Made by a program: the position numbers and the translations under genes
The notes under the pieces: model-generated
The model's input: only the letters and a program-made list of their open reading frames with translations
Databases searched by the model: none
What the model was told of the DNA's origin: nothing
Part shown: piece by piece, positions 36,559-50,110 of the stretch
Layout: every line of letters starts with the position of its first letter
How positions within the stretch are numbered: position 1 is the first letter of the stretch
Assembly (NCBI GenBank): GCA_021613535.1
Contig: CP075492.1
Span: forward strand, 8,618,001-8,682,000
Length of the DNA: 64,000 nucleotides
Reading direction: 5' to 3'
Source of the DNA: Adineta vaga
Taxonomy: Eukaryota; Animalia; Rotifera

Positions 36559-39409
36559 TTAAACTACAAAGTAATGAACAAAAAGATGATATTAACACTT
36601 TTCTCAATTAGTTGGAGGTGAAAACTTTGTATGAAACAACGGGAGATAAATGAATATCTTTGATCAAAACAGAGAATAAGGAAAAAGAAGGAAAAGGAAA
36701 GAGAAAAGAAAAGCAATGAAAGAATTATTTAGAAACTCTTTGCTTCTGGATGTTCTACTATATTTTATAAACAAAATCTAGTGAATTGACAAAGAAATGG
36801 TTTCTTGTGTCGAGTTCTAATTTATAGTGACACATACTTGTTTTCTCTGTGGACAATAACAATGTCAAGTACAACGAATCTACCTTATTTCCTTGAATTT
36901 TTATATGTGCGACTCGGTCTTGAGAATGTTTAAAAGAAAAGAAGCGTAAGTAACGCACGAACTTGATTAATTATTAAATAAAATGAGAATCCATGATGAC
37001 TTTATTTATTATTCGTTGTGTTGTTGTGTCAAGGGAAACGACAGAATTGAAGTATAGACTAGAGTAGACTAGAGAGAGAGAGAGGGGGAGAGAGAGAGCA
37101 GCGAAGAAAAAATCTGAAAGAAAAAGAAAAGTCACCGAACATAGCCAAAGAGTGTTCAAGATTGATCTTTTCTTCTTATTCTTCCTAACTCTATTAGTTG
37201 AATAAAGAGGAAAAATGATTATGGAAAGAAATAGAAAAAGAGAAGAAAAAAATGTAAATAATACACCTTTGCTCGTATCGTGTAGCCTTCCGGTTTCTAA
37301 AAACTATTCTTTGTATAGAGCAGAAAAAGAGTACGTGCTTTTCTCGCTCATTCGCTAATGTGTCAGCAGAACGAGATTTGATAAAGAGAAATGAGTGTGG
37401 ATTTACGTGCTTTCTCTTTCTCTCTTTTTTTCACGTCAAATATAAACTCGATCAAAATCGAAGGTCAAATCATGGTTTTTACTATGTGGATAACGTACCG
37501 ATTGAATTTCTCACGGAGAGCATGATGTTTTCTTTCTCTCTCTCTCTCTCCATTTCTCTAGTTTATGATGATAAGAGATGTGGGCGCGCTAAATAAAGCG
37601 TAATCAGTCAAGCTTAAGTTCACTCAATACGATCGAGAATTATTTCGATTCTTCATTCTTTTGCTAACGGGCTTTCGTGTTTGTTAATTAAAATGAATCC
37701 AATGATGGATCCATCTTAATGAGGCGAGGATCTCTTTTAAACATTTAATGTGTATTCCAATCATGAATCTCTTGTAGTCACAAACGAGAGTAATTCTTTC
37801 TCTATGATTTCTAGAATTGATTTATACTGATAGAATCAGAATATTTGGCGTCTTAAATAATACAATGCACATTGTTTGTTCGTTGCTGTGATCATGATTA
37901 GTGATTTATTTCTTATTTTTCATCGCATATAAAAGTTAAAAAAAATAATTAAGATGAATAAGTGATTATTAACAAACGTCAATTCGATTTCATTACGCAT
38001 GAACAAATCACTTGCAGAATACTATATGCTTTGAGCCGAATAATAGAAAACTGTCACAGAAAAAAAAAGTTCTATTAAGGTTGCCAGATATCATAACTGA
38101 CATACAGCTCAAAATGCATTCATGCACGAGTTGTTCGAGAACTAATAACACTTTGATAATTGTCTAAGTAAATATTTCATTAGCAAAAGAGACAAAACTA
38201 ATGATAAGAGAAGTTGACTTTTTTTATTATCAACAGAATCATAAACGTTTTGCACCAAAACTAAATTCAACGTTACTTCGTAATGATTCAAATTTATTTT
38301 TTATTTTTATCCTTGTGAATAAAACAAATAATGATTGAAACACTAGAGCTCATATTGCTTGTATTATCAATGAACCTTGAATGAAGCTAACAGTAACCTT
38401 AAAACAACGAAATCAAATAGACGATATTCTCTTAGGAATAATCTGATCACCATCAGCAAGAATTTCCAAAACAAAACTAACATTGCACGATGTTGTCTTT
38501 GTTTTGAATGAGTTCTATGCAGATCGAATATGAAATAATCATCATTATATTTTCTATTCGATACGGTTGGTCAATAATTATTAAATTTTATTGTTGATTA
38601 TATATTTTGCCATGACGTACTATGCAAACTACTAAATGTTTGTCTTTCTCTCAGCTGACATTCTCAATGAATCAAAATTAGTTCAATTTTTGACAACAAT
38701 AAAGTTTGTATAATACTCAGTGATTAGTTATCAAAGAATCTGTTACGTTAAATGTTTCTATTTTGAAAAGAATTGTGAAAAGCATCGAGTTTAAGAGAAG
38801 ACATTTTGTTAATGGTAAATATAAATAGACGAAGTCAATAGATCTCTTTTTTTATTGACGTTCATTGAAATACGACATCCTGTTATTAATATCGTCGGAA
38901 AAACAATTTACAGTTTAAGGTCATTGACCCAATTCTATCATCAGGAAATTCATCAGATATGTAGTAGTATGTAAAAACTAACACTCAATATATTCAAACT
39001 GTCCTTCGACAATATGATATTCTTGAACATTTGTTAACACGTTGATAATCATGCTATTAATATTGATAGAACGCTTGACTCCAGAATGATGTTTTTATCC
39101 TGATCAAAGTCTAAGAAAAAAAAGTTTAGAAACTTAATGCTGCGAAATGAAAGAACATGTAAAAGTAAGAAGTATAGATAATGATTTGTAGTGGATAATA
39201 TATTTCTACAAAGTGCTTATCTGTTATGCTGCAGAGTAATGTATTATAATGAAAAAAGTAAAAACAAGTTCGCATTCAGATAGAAAATTAAGTATACAAC
39301 TAGTTTATTATAATTAACAAATAGGTTTCTAAGTAGAATCCGATTAATGTATTCAATGTAGACGTTTTGTGTATGAGCTATGAAATGAACTTGTTTTTTT
39401 TTGTCATGA

Positions 39410-41241
39410 TTAAGCAGATGAATTGAATGGTCTTGCATGTAAGGAACATTTACAATTGGCATCATGATCACGTTTGATTTTTCGTTCAAATTCTTTTACT
39501 TCTGGTGTGAATAAAAAATGAGAAGTAAGTTCATGTGGCTAAAAAAAGAGAGAAAATGATTCTATTGCATATCAATATATGAACTAATAGATTTTACGCG
39601 TCGATGTTGAATGACAGGGGAAGCGTATGTTCGATTTCGTAGTTGTTCACCACTATTTTCATACGTATTTGATCTTCAATTTTTTGTTGATTTATCGCAC
39701 GGACTTGTTTCGAATATGACTTTTTCTTGTTCTCTATTGCCAACTTTTAAATTTAAAAAGATGCATATGAAAATTTAGAAGAAAACAATGATCTGATACT
39801 TTTTCTTGATATGTTTGTTGAGCAACTGCACCAAATGTAGGTCCGAAACCACCATTTTGAACAAAATTTTTATATTCATTCATAACTCCTCTATGATTGA
39901 CTCGTTCATCGTTTACAAGACGACGTTGATTTTTAAATGTTTTTACATAACTACCTATTATGAAAAATAAATTGATTTTTCTTTTTTCTCAGATGTTATC
40001 TTTGTGACTAACCAGAATCAGGTACAGCAAGTCCATAAAGATAATCATGAATGTTCGTTTTATTTGGACGATGATTTCTAGAATCTATCGAATCAAATGT
40101 ATCATCATTTCTTGAATGATCACGTGATTTTGTTTTTTGATCAGATTGATTCAATTCCAATGAATGATTAATATGAGAATGAGAAAGATGGTTTTCTCGA
40201 ATGGGTGCATAATCAGTGAAGAATGCTTGATGATTATGATCAACATTTTGGGAACGTCTTGGTATTGATTGATGTAGTGGAGGAAAATTATGTCCATGAT
40301 TATTTTTTTGTTCATTAGAATAACCATGGTGACGCTGTTGTTTTGGTGAATCATATTCTTCATTGGTATTAATATTAGCTGTGAAATTGAAATTGTCATT
40401 GGAATTGCCAGTATTTCGATATTGATTGCTGGGCTGTTGAAATGATTGAGAATGAGGTGGAGGAGGATTTTGCTGCATAAAACGTTCTCTTGACTGTTGA
40501 TAAGATTGGGGAGGAGGAGGAGGGGGAGGAGGCAGTGAACGATCTCCTACTTGAGGATGCGATGGAGGGAAACGAGCTTGCATAATACGTTCGGCTGATT
40601 GTTGATAAGATTGAGATGGTGGTACAGGAGGAACAGACTGAAAAAACTGTTCTTCTGGTTGTCGGTAAGGTTGAGGAGGAGGAGCAGGAGGACCAGGCTG
40701 AAAAAACTGTTCTTCCGGTTGTCGATAATATTGAGAAGGAGCAGGGGGGCCAGGCTGAAAAAACTGTTCTTCTGGTTGCCGATAAGGTTGAGTAGGAGGA
40801 GGAGCACCAGACTGAAAAAACTGTTCTTCTGGTTGTCGATAAGGTTGAGTAGGAGGAGGAGCAGGTGGATGATGAGTTGGTGGTAGTGGTGGAAGATACG
40901 GACCCGATTCACTAAAATATTCTCCTTGTTCTTGCGGATTTATTGGAGGATACGGTGCACGATTTGGATTTGGTGGAATATATCGAGAATTATTTGTTTG
41001 ATTATTCCAAGTTGACTTTGAAAACAAATAACAATGAAATCGATATGTACATATGTTTGAGAATTTCGAATAAAAATAACACTAGATAGATGATCTTACT
41101 TACCACATCAGTATTTAAGTTTGATTCAGGTGGTAGTTGTGGAATATCATATGTGTCAGAGTGCATAGTAGTAGGATTTCCTATAGAAGGTAATTTCCAT
41201 GTGGGATCGGTAAATGAATAATCTGTTTTATCTGAATTCAT
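39410..41241 (-). CDS. Pro/Gln-rich repeat protein with a JHY-like C-terminal segment; apparent 1-nt frameshift near 39662
   Basis: Exons 41241-41104, 41015-40013, 39954-39800, ~39743-39598, ~39538-39410. The segment EYKNFVQNGGFGPT...KKKSYSKQVRAINQQK resembles, from memory, the GGLGP...YAKQV.EYN motif of ciliary JHY proteins. Confidence 0.6.
40600..40862 (-). repeat. Coding tandem repeat, ~51-57 nt unit x4 plus a degenerate copy (PPPTQPYRQPEEQFFQ[S/P]G)
   Basis: The sequence ctgaaaaaactgttcttc(t/c)ggttg recurs four times between ~40640 and 40835. Confidence 0.9.
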
Positions 41242-42246
41242 TTTTCGTGTGCTATCACACTACGACATAAATATGTAACTGTGCTGCTACCAAAAAATGG
41301 CACTCTGTGCAAGAGTGTTACACATCTACTTCAAAATAACTGAAGCATTTCAAGTTGATTGCTTCTTCACTTACAATCAATAAGATGTAACGATTAAAAA
41401 CGAATGAATTACTTAAAAAAATGAATATATTAATAGAAAAAAATGGCATTGTATTAATTTGTAAAGAAAACTACTTTCGACATACTTGAATTCAAATTGA
41501 TTTGTCAATTAAACTTATAGTGCTATATTCGGTGATAAAGAAAAGATCGTTAGTCAAAAGGAAAAAGTTTGAAGTAATATAGGTGAAAAATGACGATCAA
41601 TTTCTATGGAGAGAAATCAAACAGAACGATCAAGAAAAACGAGAGAATTAAAAAAATGTTGATGTAATGTGTGTCTTAGCGACGGCTCAGAAAAAAAAAC
41701 TTTTCATTCATATTATTTATAATAAAAATATGCATTTATTGTTTTTTCTACACCGTTATTTACATTGTAGGTGAAAACTGATAATGAAATGATATTTTTT
41801 CTTCAACGTTAATATGTACTTAATATGGAATCCGAAGAGAGATCATTTAGAGATTGATTAAAATTTTGTTGATCTAAGAACGAAAAGTACGAAGTATCTA
41901 GGAAATGACCACTTTTCAATATTTTTGAACATTCTTTTTGTTTGATAATGATGATCATATTACATATACAATACATGTTGTGTTCATTTTTTTCAAAGTC
42001 ACACTGTCTACAAATGTATCCATTTCTTAAAGTGTATACGTGATAAATATGAACACGCCCATTGTAAAAGCAATTGACGCGACAGACAACGTGATCGAAT
42101 AATCTTAAAATACTAATTGATACTAACGGAACAGATCATTATGTGAACATGTATGATAGAAGTTGAGAACAAAAGAAAAAGAAAGTCAAATGATCGACAC
42201 CAATCTTTTTCTGTATTCATTATTAAAAACTTTCAATCGAGATAAT

Positions 42247-44206
42247 ATGCTCATAATCTTTCTCTTGTTGACTTTTCAACATATTGTTTATAGCGAAGGT
42301 AATTTACTCAAAACTGAATATTTATCGCAAAAGATGACGAGATAACTTACTCTAGATGTTTGCAATTCGGTCTATTGTGGTTCTGGTATATGTATTGAAA
42401 CACAGAATCCAACCTTACCATATTATTGTCGATGTCAAAATGGATCAAATACGATTTTACCTTGTCCATCAGAAGGTTCGTTGAAACTACATGTAACCGA
42501 TATAGTTGACTTCTTTTTCGTATGAATTAGATCCATGTTCACAAAGTCCTTGTGGTCAAGGTATCTGTGAAGTCGTACCAAATTTACTTTATGGTTATGT
42601 CTGTCGATGTGATGATGATTCTGTTACATTAACAAGTTGCAATGGTAAATCAATTCGTATTGCTTGTTTTTTTCAATGTATTTGAATAGAATTATATTTT
42701 GTTTAGTTACTCATGATGTATGTGCTTCAAATCCATGCATAAATGGATTATGTATTGAAGGTTTAACTAGTTTTATTTGTAACTGTTTACCAACATGGAC
42801 AGGAAGATTGTGTGATAGTATGTTTAATGATTTTGAATAGAAAAAAAGGCATCGTTCATTTTTTTTCATTTTCGATAGCAAGAATACAGTTAACTTGTCC
42901 AGATAATCTATGTGACTTAGGCAAATGTTTTCCAATCAATGATCCATCATTTCCATATGTGTGTTTATGTCCAGATGGAGAATTTGCAACATCATGTCAA
43001 AGTAAGAAAAACTCATTTGATTAAATATAAGGTTTTTCAATTTTATCTTCCAGAAACTACTATGCAAACAATTACAACTACTACTTCAACTTCAACAGTA
43101 ACAACCAGTACATTTTCTCAAGATATATGCAAACCATTAACTCATGAAGGTTGTAAAAACGGTGGTCAATGTCTCATTGCATTAAATGGCAATCGATGTT
43201 TTTGTCCATCTGATTACACAGGACGTTTTTGTGAGAACAGTAAGTTTTCAAATAAAGAATATATATATATATATATCCTTTATCCAATTGATTATTTAGA
43301 GATTAATTCATGTCAATCGTATCCTTGTAAGTAGAATAGTTTGCAGATAGAATAATCGATCATAATATAATAATCAATTAGGTCTTTACGGCGGTATATG
43401 TTATAACCTTCAATCATCATTTATATGTGCTTGTCCAGATGGTAGTTTTCGTTCGCAATGTTTACCAACAACAGGTAATTATTTGTAATCCAATGGAATT
43501 CGACTATATTCGGACTATCATCTATAAATGAGTGTATTTTAAGAGTGAAAATAAAGTGATATTGCACTAATTAAGCATAGCATGTGATCTTTTTCTGTAG
43601 TTTCAACAAGTGCTGCTAATTTACCACCTTGTCCTTGTCGGAATGGAGGCGTATGCTCAGATATTGATTCACCAAAGTGTACATGTCCCAATGGTTTCAC
43701 TGGTCCTTTATGTGAAAATGTCTTATGTAAGAAGTTTCGTTTACATATTCGTTATGCATGATTATTCTATTTCGCAGATAATAGTTGTCAAGAAGTTAAA
43801 TGTCTCAATGGTGGTACATGTTATGAAAACTCAGCAATCTCCGCTGATGCATCTTATTGCTTATGTAAGCATGGATATACTGGACAATTTTGTGAAATTG
43901 GTGTGTAAATTTCGAATACAATTAACATTCCGAGTATATATTTTATTTCTGAATAGAATATTTCCGATGCCGATCTAATGGCCGTTTTACTGATCAATAC
44001 AATTGTAAAAATGGAAAATATTTTGAATGTGTTCATTATTATGAAGGTAATCATATCAAATTTTTATTCAGACAATTTCTACTAACAAATATGCTTTAGA
44101 TGGATCAAAAACATATGCTCAATTATTAAGTCGTGATTGTCCTCCATCACTTCGATATAATGTACTTACTGATCGATGTGACTATCCTAGAAATGTACAA
44201 TGTTGA
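42247..44206 (+). CDS. Secreted protein with eight EGF-like repeats, a Thr-rich linker and a C-terminal chitin-binding type-2 (peritrophin-A/CBM14-like) domain
   Basis: Signal peptide MLIIFLLLTFQHIVYS; about 12 small exons each carrying EGF Cys patterns; linker TTTTTSTSTVTTST; C-terminal CRSNGRFTDQYNCKNGKYFEC...RDCPPSLRYNVLTDRCDYPRNVQC*. Confidence 0.85.
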
Positions 44207-45206
44207 ACGATTCTTTTTGTTAATTTTTTTTTCTTTTAACTCTCGTATTATAATCATTAGTATTATTGTATGCATCTATATACTATTAATTTATCTTTAG
44301 AATAAACAGAATATCTCGATCATGATAATCATCTAAAGAATGTATACTAATAAATTACGAAACGTAATTTAGCAAAAAATGATAAAATATGCTCCACATA
44401 GCTTTAGAGATGTCTGCTGGTGCCTTGAGCAGTATATGTATATTGTATCGTGGTTGTTGCGTAACAAGTTTATCGATAAATGATTGAACAGAAAATTACT
44501 CTCTGAAATCAGATTTTGTTTTTCGTCACGTACAACTGGATAGATTAAATCAAAATATAATAAATATAATCTGGCACATTCAATTGACAAATTGGAAGAA
44601 AAGAGGAAGTCTCAGTACAAAATCTCGAAAATATATGATTATGCCACATTACATATACATTACTTAACTTGGCAACCGATTGATGCGATAGCAAACTCAT
44701 AATATCTTTAAGCAAGAAATAAATACTTTCTTCTCCTCTACTAATTTGACGATAAACATTCTCACTGTACTGTTTAGTTTTATCAACAATCAGTCAACGA
44801 GTACATATAAACTATAAAAATAGATTGCTAGCTTGCCGATAAAAACCGAGTCCATAGGTCTTTTGTTATTCTTACTTTTATACTTCTTTATTTTTCTTTC
44901 CTTGTCGATTTTCTTATTTTTGTTGACCCCATTGCATAGACCATATATTCAGTCAGTTAACATATTCGTTTTTCTTCTTCTTCTTTTCCTTTTCTCTTCG
45001 ATCGACCGTTGATGTGTTGTGTGCGCCCTTTTCTTTCTGCTATATATCGAGAATATAGACTTAACGCCATTTTTCTTTCTTTTCCAACTTGCACGTGCAT
45101 GTGCGCTTATTAGAAATAATTGCTGCGTCATTTGATTTTTATCTACTACTAAAACATCTTCGAATATCTTTTAGAAATTTAGACAAACATATCTTATTGA
45201 AAAGTC

Positions 45207-46123
45207 ATGGCTCATACAACTTACTCAGTATGTAAAAAAGAAATTCTTTCGTTGAATTGACGAGAAAAAAACAATGTTTTTTTTAATTATCAATTTAAGA
45301 CTGGTGCAACAACATCACGACCAGGTGATACAGCTCGTACAATTGAATTTGAATTACAAAAAAATGGTCCCTACATCTTAGCTGGTCTTGGTGTTAGTGG
45401 TGGTCTTCTCCTTTTAGCCAATCGTAATATTCCTGCAATTGGTATTCCTATTCTCTCATCGGCTGCTGATCGTGTTGCTTGTAAGATAAATTTCACTGAT
45501 AAGTTATGTTCTTTTCCAAGATTAATTATATATATTTCTTAGATGCTCTCCGATGGACTGGTCTTGAAGTAAGTTTTAGTGATTTATTTGAATTAAAAGA
45601 TAAACTGTGCATTTCATTTTACTAGGGACTTTCCATGGTTACAGCCGTTTGGTGTGTAATTGGTGTTCGTGCTAAATGTAAGTTTATATTGATTAGGAAA
45701 GAATCAATCTGATCTCTTTTTCAAAGATGGAATTGAACCAACATCATCTGAAGGAAATCATCATTTACAAATGACTCAAAGAATTTTAACAAATACAACT
45801 GAATCATTTCTAGCTTTCACTGCAGCTAAATTAGCTTTAGCTTCTGTACTTGAATCTAATAATCTTCGTATTATTCCAGCTTTATCTGGTCTCTTTATTC
45901 TCGGGTATATTCATTCACACAAATTTTGTTAAATGATCATAATCTATTTATTTATTTTTTGTTTATTAGTCGTTATACATTTGATGCTGCTATCAATCAT
46001 CCAGCACGTACATTCGGTTATACAATTAATGCAGTTGCTACATTTACTGCTTATGGTCTTTTTCTTTACAAACTTTTTTCAAGTGGTCTTCATGCTAATC
46101 TTCTTCCATTTTCACTTCGTTAA
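45207..46123 (+). CDS. TMEM79-like / MAPEG-superfamily membrane protein
   Basis: Six exons give ADRVAYALRW...QRILTNTTESFLAF...LASVLESNNLRIIPALSGLFILGRYTF...ARTFGY, which is the TMEM79/MAPEG-like motif spacing with several TM helices. Confidence 0.7.
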
Positions 46124-46391
46124 AAAGAAAGTTAAAATGGACATTTAGCTATTCTGTCGTAGATTAATATTATCCTTTGTTCTCCCTTTTGTATACCTAT
46201 TCATTCAAGCTGCTGACTTATGTGAATGTAAAAAAAATCTGTTCTAAACAAAAAATATATGAAAACTCTAATTTGCTTTTTAACTATTTGCAATACAAAA
46301 AAAACAACATCGGACGGAACGAACAACTGTTCTTATTTAGAAAACATAAACACAAAGATATCTGAGACAAAACAAGAAATCAGTTTGAATA

Positions 46392-49300
46392 TTATTCGAA
46401 TAATGGTGCAATGAGCGTAGCTAATCGGCGACATCGATCATGAGTAGAATTTTGATCAAGATTCTAGAGGAAAATAAAATAATTGAAATATTTAACAAAC
46501 AATCTACGTGAGTGTGCTGAATTCAGATAGAAAAATCTATACAAATGTTTGCATGTGTATTATATGAATTGTTTATAAGCCAAATGAGCAATAGGTTCAT
46601 TGCTTTTGATATATTTTTGTTATTAATTATATGAAAAGAATGTTCCAAGCAGATATATATCTTTCATACCTTTCTTGTTGTTGTTGTTGTTGGATGATTG
46701 TGATCAACATTCTGTTCTAAATAATAACATGGAACATGTGTGATTTTCAATCGTTCTTTCATAACTATGATAAGCAAATCATTTTTATTTGCATAAGTAA
46801 TAAAATGTTCTTTTCTCTTTTAAATATCGACTATATGTATATTCTACTTTTGTTTTGTTTGGTTGAAACTATCGTCAACATTGACGTTTATGTTACTTCC
46901 CAATGTAGTGTTAGACAAAATAAGTCAAACAGAAATAAACACACACACATACATGCAAGAAATACACGCATATGAAAAAGAAGAAAACTAATATATGCAA
47001 GAGAAAACAAAAGAAGAGAAAGGCAAAATCGAGTTAATCACAAAAAAGAACACAGAAAATATATTCATATGTATATTTATAAATAGTAAACCCTCTACAA
47101 GTAGGTATAGAATCAGTTTAGCATAGCAGCATGTCAGTTAATCAACACCTAATTTACCGTCGTGTGATATATGAAAGAGTAGATCATTCAATGCATGTGC
47201 ACAATAATTGTCAGGTATGGATTCAGTTAACTAAAAAAAACAATGAAATCTATGTTCATGAAAAGTTTTCATACAAATAAAAAATAGTAGCAAACCGGTT
47301 TCCATGGAATAGGACTATCCGTTGGTGGATAAAGAAAAGATGGACCGAAATTGGCTGAAACCTGAAATTAATAATTGAAAGAATTCGTCTGTTCATATTA
47401 ACAATTTACCGTAGCGCCATAATAAAGTGAAATAGCTGCATAATAATTTCCTTCGTAAATATTTGTAAATGCGACACCTTGATTCACACCGTTCTTATAG
47501 AAAATAATCTATTACACAAAAGATATAACAAATGAAAATATGATCAAGAAACAATGTTTTGTTTTGTTTTATTTTTACTTTTCCTCCATTGGCTGGTTTT
47601 AAATTTACTTCTCCAGTTCGTAAATCATCTCTTTCTTCAAAATAAATATAATTTTTAAACTTCACCAATGGCTAAAAACCAAACAAATTCGATTGCATAC
47701 TCTCTTTTTCTACTTACAAATAACTTACTAATTTCTTATATTTTCGTGGTAACATCACATCTGGATGTGTTGTTTCAGGTAGAATAATCAAAAAACCTAA
47801 TACATCATTTTCTGTATAACCACCATTAGAATAATGTAAACCAGAAGCTTCATGGAAGATTGTGCCTTTTTTTGAACGCCATGAATAACCAAATTTATCT
47901 GTTCCAATTGGTGTTTGTAAATTTGCTAAATATTGAGCCCAACCAATACGTGCTGCTGTATTTGGAGGCATCGAAGTAATAGTTACTTCATAGTACCATG
48001 CACCATGTGATACAGCTAAATTCATTCGATTTTTAGAAGAAAAAAAACTTCATTCGAATATATAAACTTACAATGTGTTGATCGAACAGAACAATAACCT
48101 TTATCACCAGTTACCGTTAAACGATCATCATTTAATTTTAGTTGTTGAGCTAAAGAAAAAATTAATGATGAGAAAGAAATGAAAAAGAATATCCATTGTT
48201 ACCTCGATCATTAAGAGATAATAAGCATTCATTTTCAATAAATGTTCGATATAAATGTCCTGGAATTGGTTTTCCTACAGATGAATTTAAATGAAGATAT
48301 GAAAACCATTGATTTTTCACTCTTACCAGCCCATACTTCAGTTTCATCAAATTTTTGTCGAAATGGAGAATGTGGATCTGGTTCAGCTAGATGATATCTA
48401 AAGATTTTTAGGACAATATATTATTGAAAAAATATGTTTCGTTCGTCAGTTTCAAACCTATATCCTTCTTTATTGAATGGATATTCAGGTGGAAAACTTT
48501 TTGGTATTAATCTTTCTAGTTTTGGTACTTCACCACGTCGTTTAGCATTCATTGAATTTTCATTGGCTAATTTTCGTTTACTTGTTCGTCGTGTAACTTC
48601 ACTATTTGCTAAGGATGTAACACTATTCGCTGATGATGATCCATGAAATGTGCCATTACCAGATTGATTCAGTTGAGCAGAGATTGCATTCGATGATAGA
48701 GAGAGAGGATTAGTAAGATTAGATGTACCTGGAGATTGAGCACGACTAGCGTTAGGATTGATAATTTCATGAGTTTTTTCGTTCATTGGACCAATTTTCT
48801 CGAGTGATCGTTCACGTAATGCAATCATTACTTCACCACTAATCTCAGATGAAACAAAAAGATCTTCACGAGCCTACAAACAAAAGTTTATTCTCCAATC
48901 CATTCATTATTAAATCAATAAACGTACCAATGCTTTATAAACAGATGCATGTAAAGTTGGTTTATTTTTCTTTTGTGAAAAAGTTAATAGATCCCATTTC
49001 TCATCAATAAATGGTATGATTTCCTAACATATAAATAATATATTCTAACAAATCTTTAGAAAAATAAAATGAACATCATACTCGATCACGAGAAAAAAAT
49101 GTTTGTGTCGAAGATTGTTGAGTTAAATTAGCTATGGCAGTCGTACATAATTGATTAAATGCTAGAAGGAGATGTGATTTTTTCATTTCAAATATTGTCA
49201 TTTAAGATAAGGACATACTCGCAGTTTTCTTAATAAATTGTTCATCGGATTTATTCTGTGAGCAATCTTTACATACGAATTGATAATTGGTCATAAAAGG

Positions 49301-49550
49301 AAGCATTGGTCTTTTAAACAAATCGAGAAAAAAGAAACAATTATGTATTGAAGCAGTTGAAATATATTCTTACCCAGTGGTTATCGATAAACATTCTTGA
49401 TGACAAAATCGAAAACAAAGACAACATTGAACTTCAACTTTAGATAAATCTCTATCAACACCACTAAAATAAAATCGATTAAAGAATATTTATGAATTAA
49501 TCTTTTGATTGATTTACAAACCAATAACAAGTCAATGGCTTATTTGGCAT
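46392..49550 (-). CDS. ASH2L: Set1/COMPASS subunit ASH2 (PHD-winged helix, SPRY, DPY30-binding helix)
   Basis: [113 protein letters not shown], and [10 protein letters not shown] (47231-47159). The last two small exons (46716-46670, 46464-46392) are inferred. Confidence 0.95.
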
Positions 49551-50110
49551 TGCAATATCGTTTGATATCTGCACACTGCACTGACAAGATTATGGAAATA
49601 GAATGGATGGAATCAAGTTTTAATTCATAATGAATGACAGTTTTGAATGACCAATTAGATTTAAATAAATGATTGTAGAGGGTAGTTGTCACTAGTGTCT
49701 AATGATATATGTTCAGTTCTTTTTCTTTCTTTCTCATAAAACAAAATCCGTCAGATATTTTATTGCAAAAAGAAATATAAGATATTTGATATCATTTTAC
49801 TTGAATTGTATAAACGCACTTTTAACACAGTAATATAATATATGTGTTCAAAAGATTAGAGTAAATTCTTGATTTCACAGGTATGTGAAAGTATTAGATC
49901 AATATCTATGATCTTAGTTCTATTTCTCAACAGTGATCATGGCATAAAAAACTGTTTTAAGAAGATTCCAATATTAATAGATGAATAAACCTTTCAATCA
50001 GATCTCAAGTTGGTTGGTAGTAAAAGATGTCAATCTGACGGAAAAGGTGTTGATAGTGATTCATCGATTGTTTAATGAAAGTTACAAATCTAATTATCTA
50101 GTATGATAAA

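Noticed and set aside
37600-39200. Long intergenic stretch with short protein-like frames
   Set aside because: No sustained ORF, terminal repeats or recognisable transposase motifs.
40600-40862. Regularly spaced direct repeats superficially like a CRISPR array
   Set aside because: Eukaryotic coding repeat with in-frame unit lengths and related 'spacers'; no cas genes.
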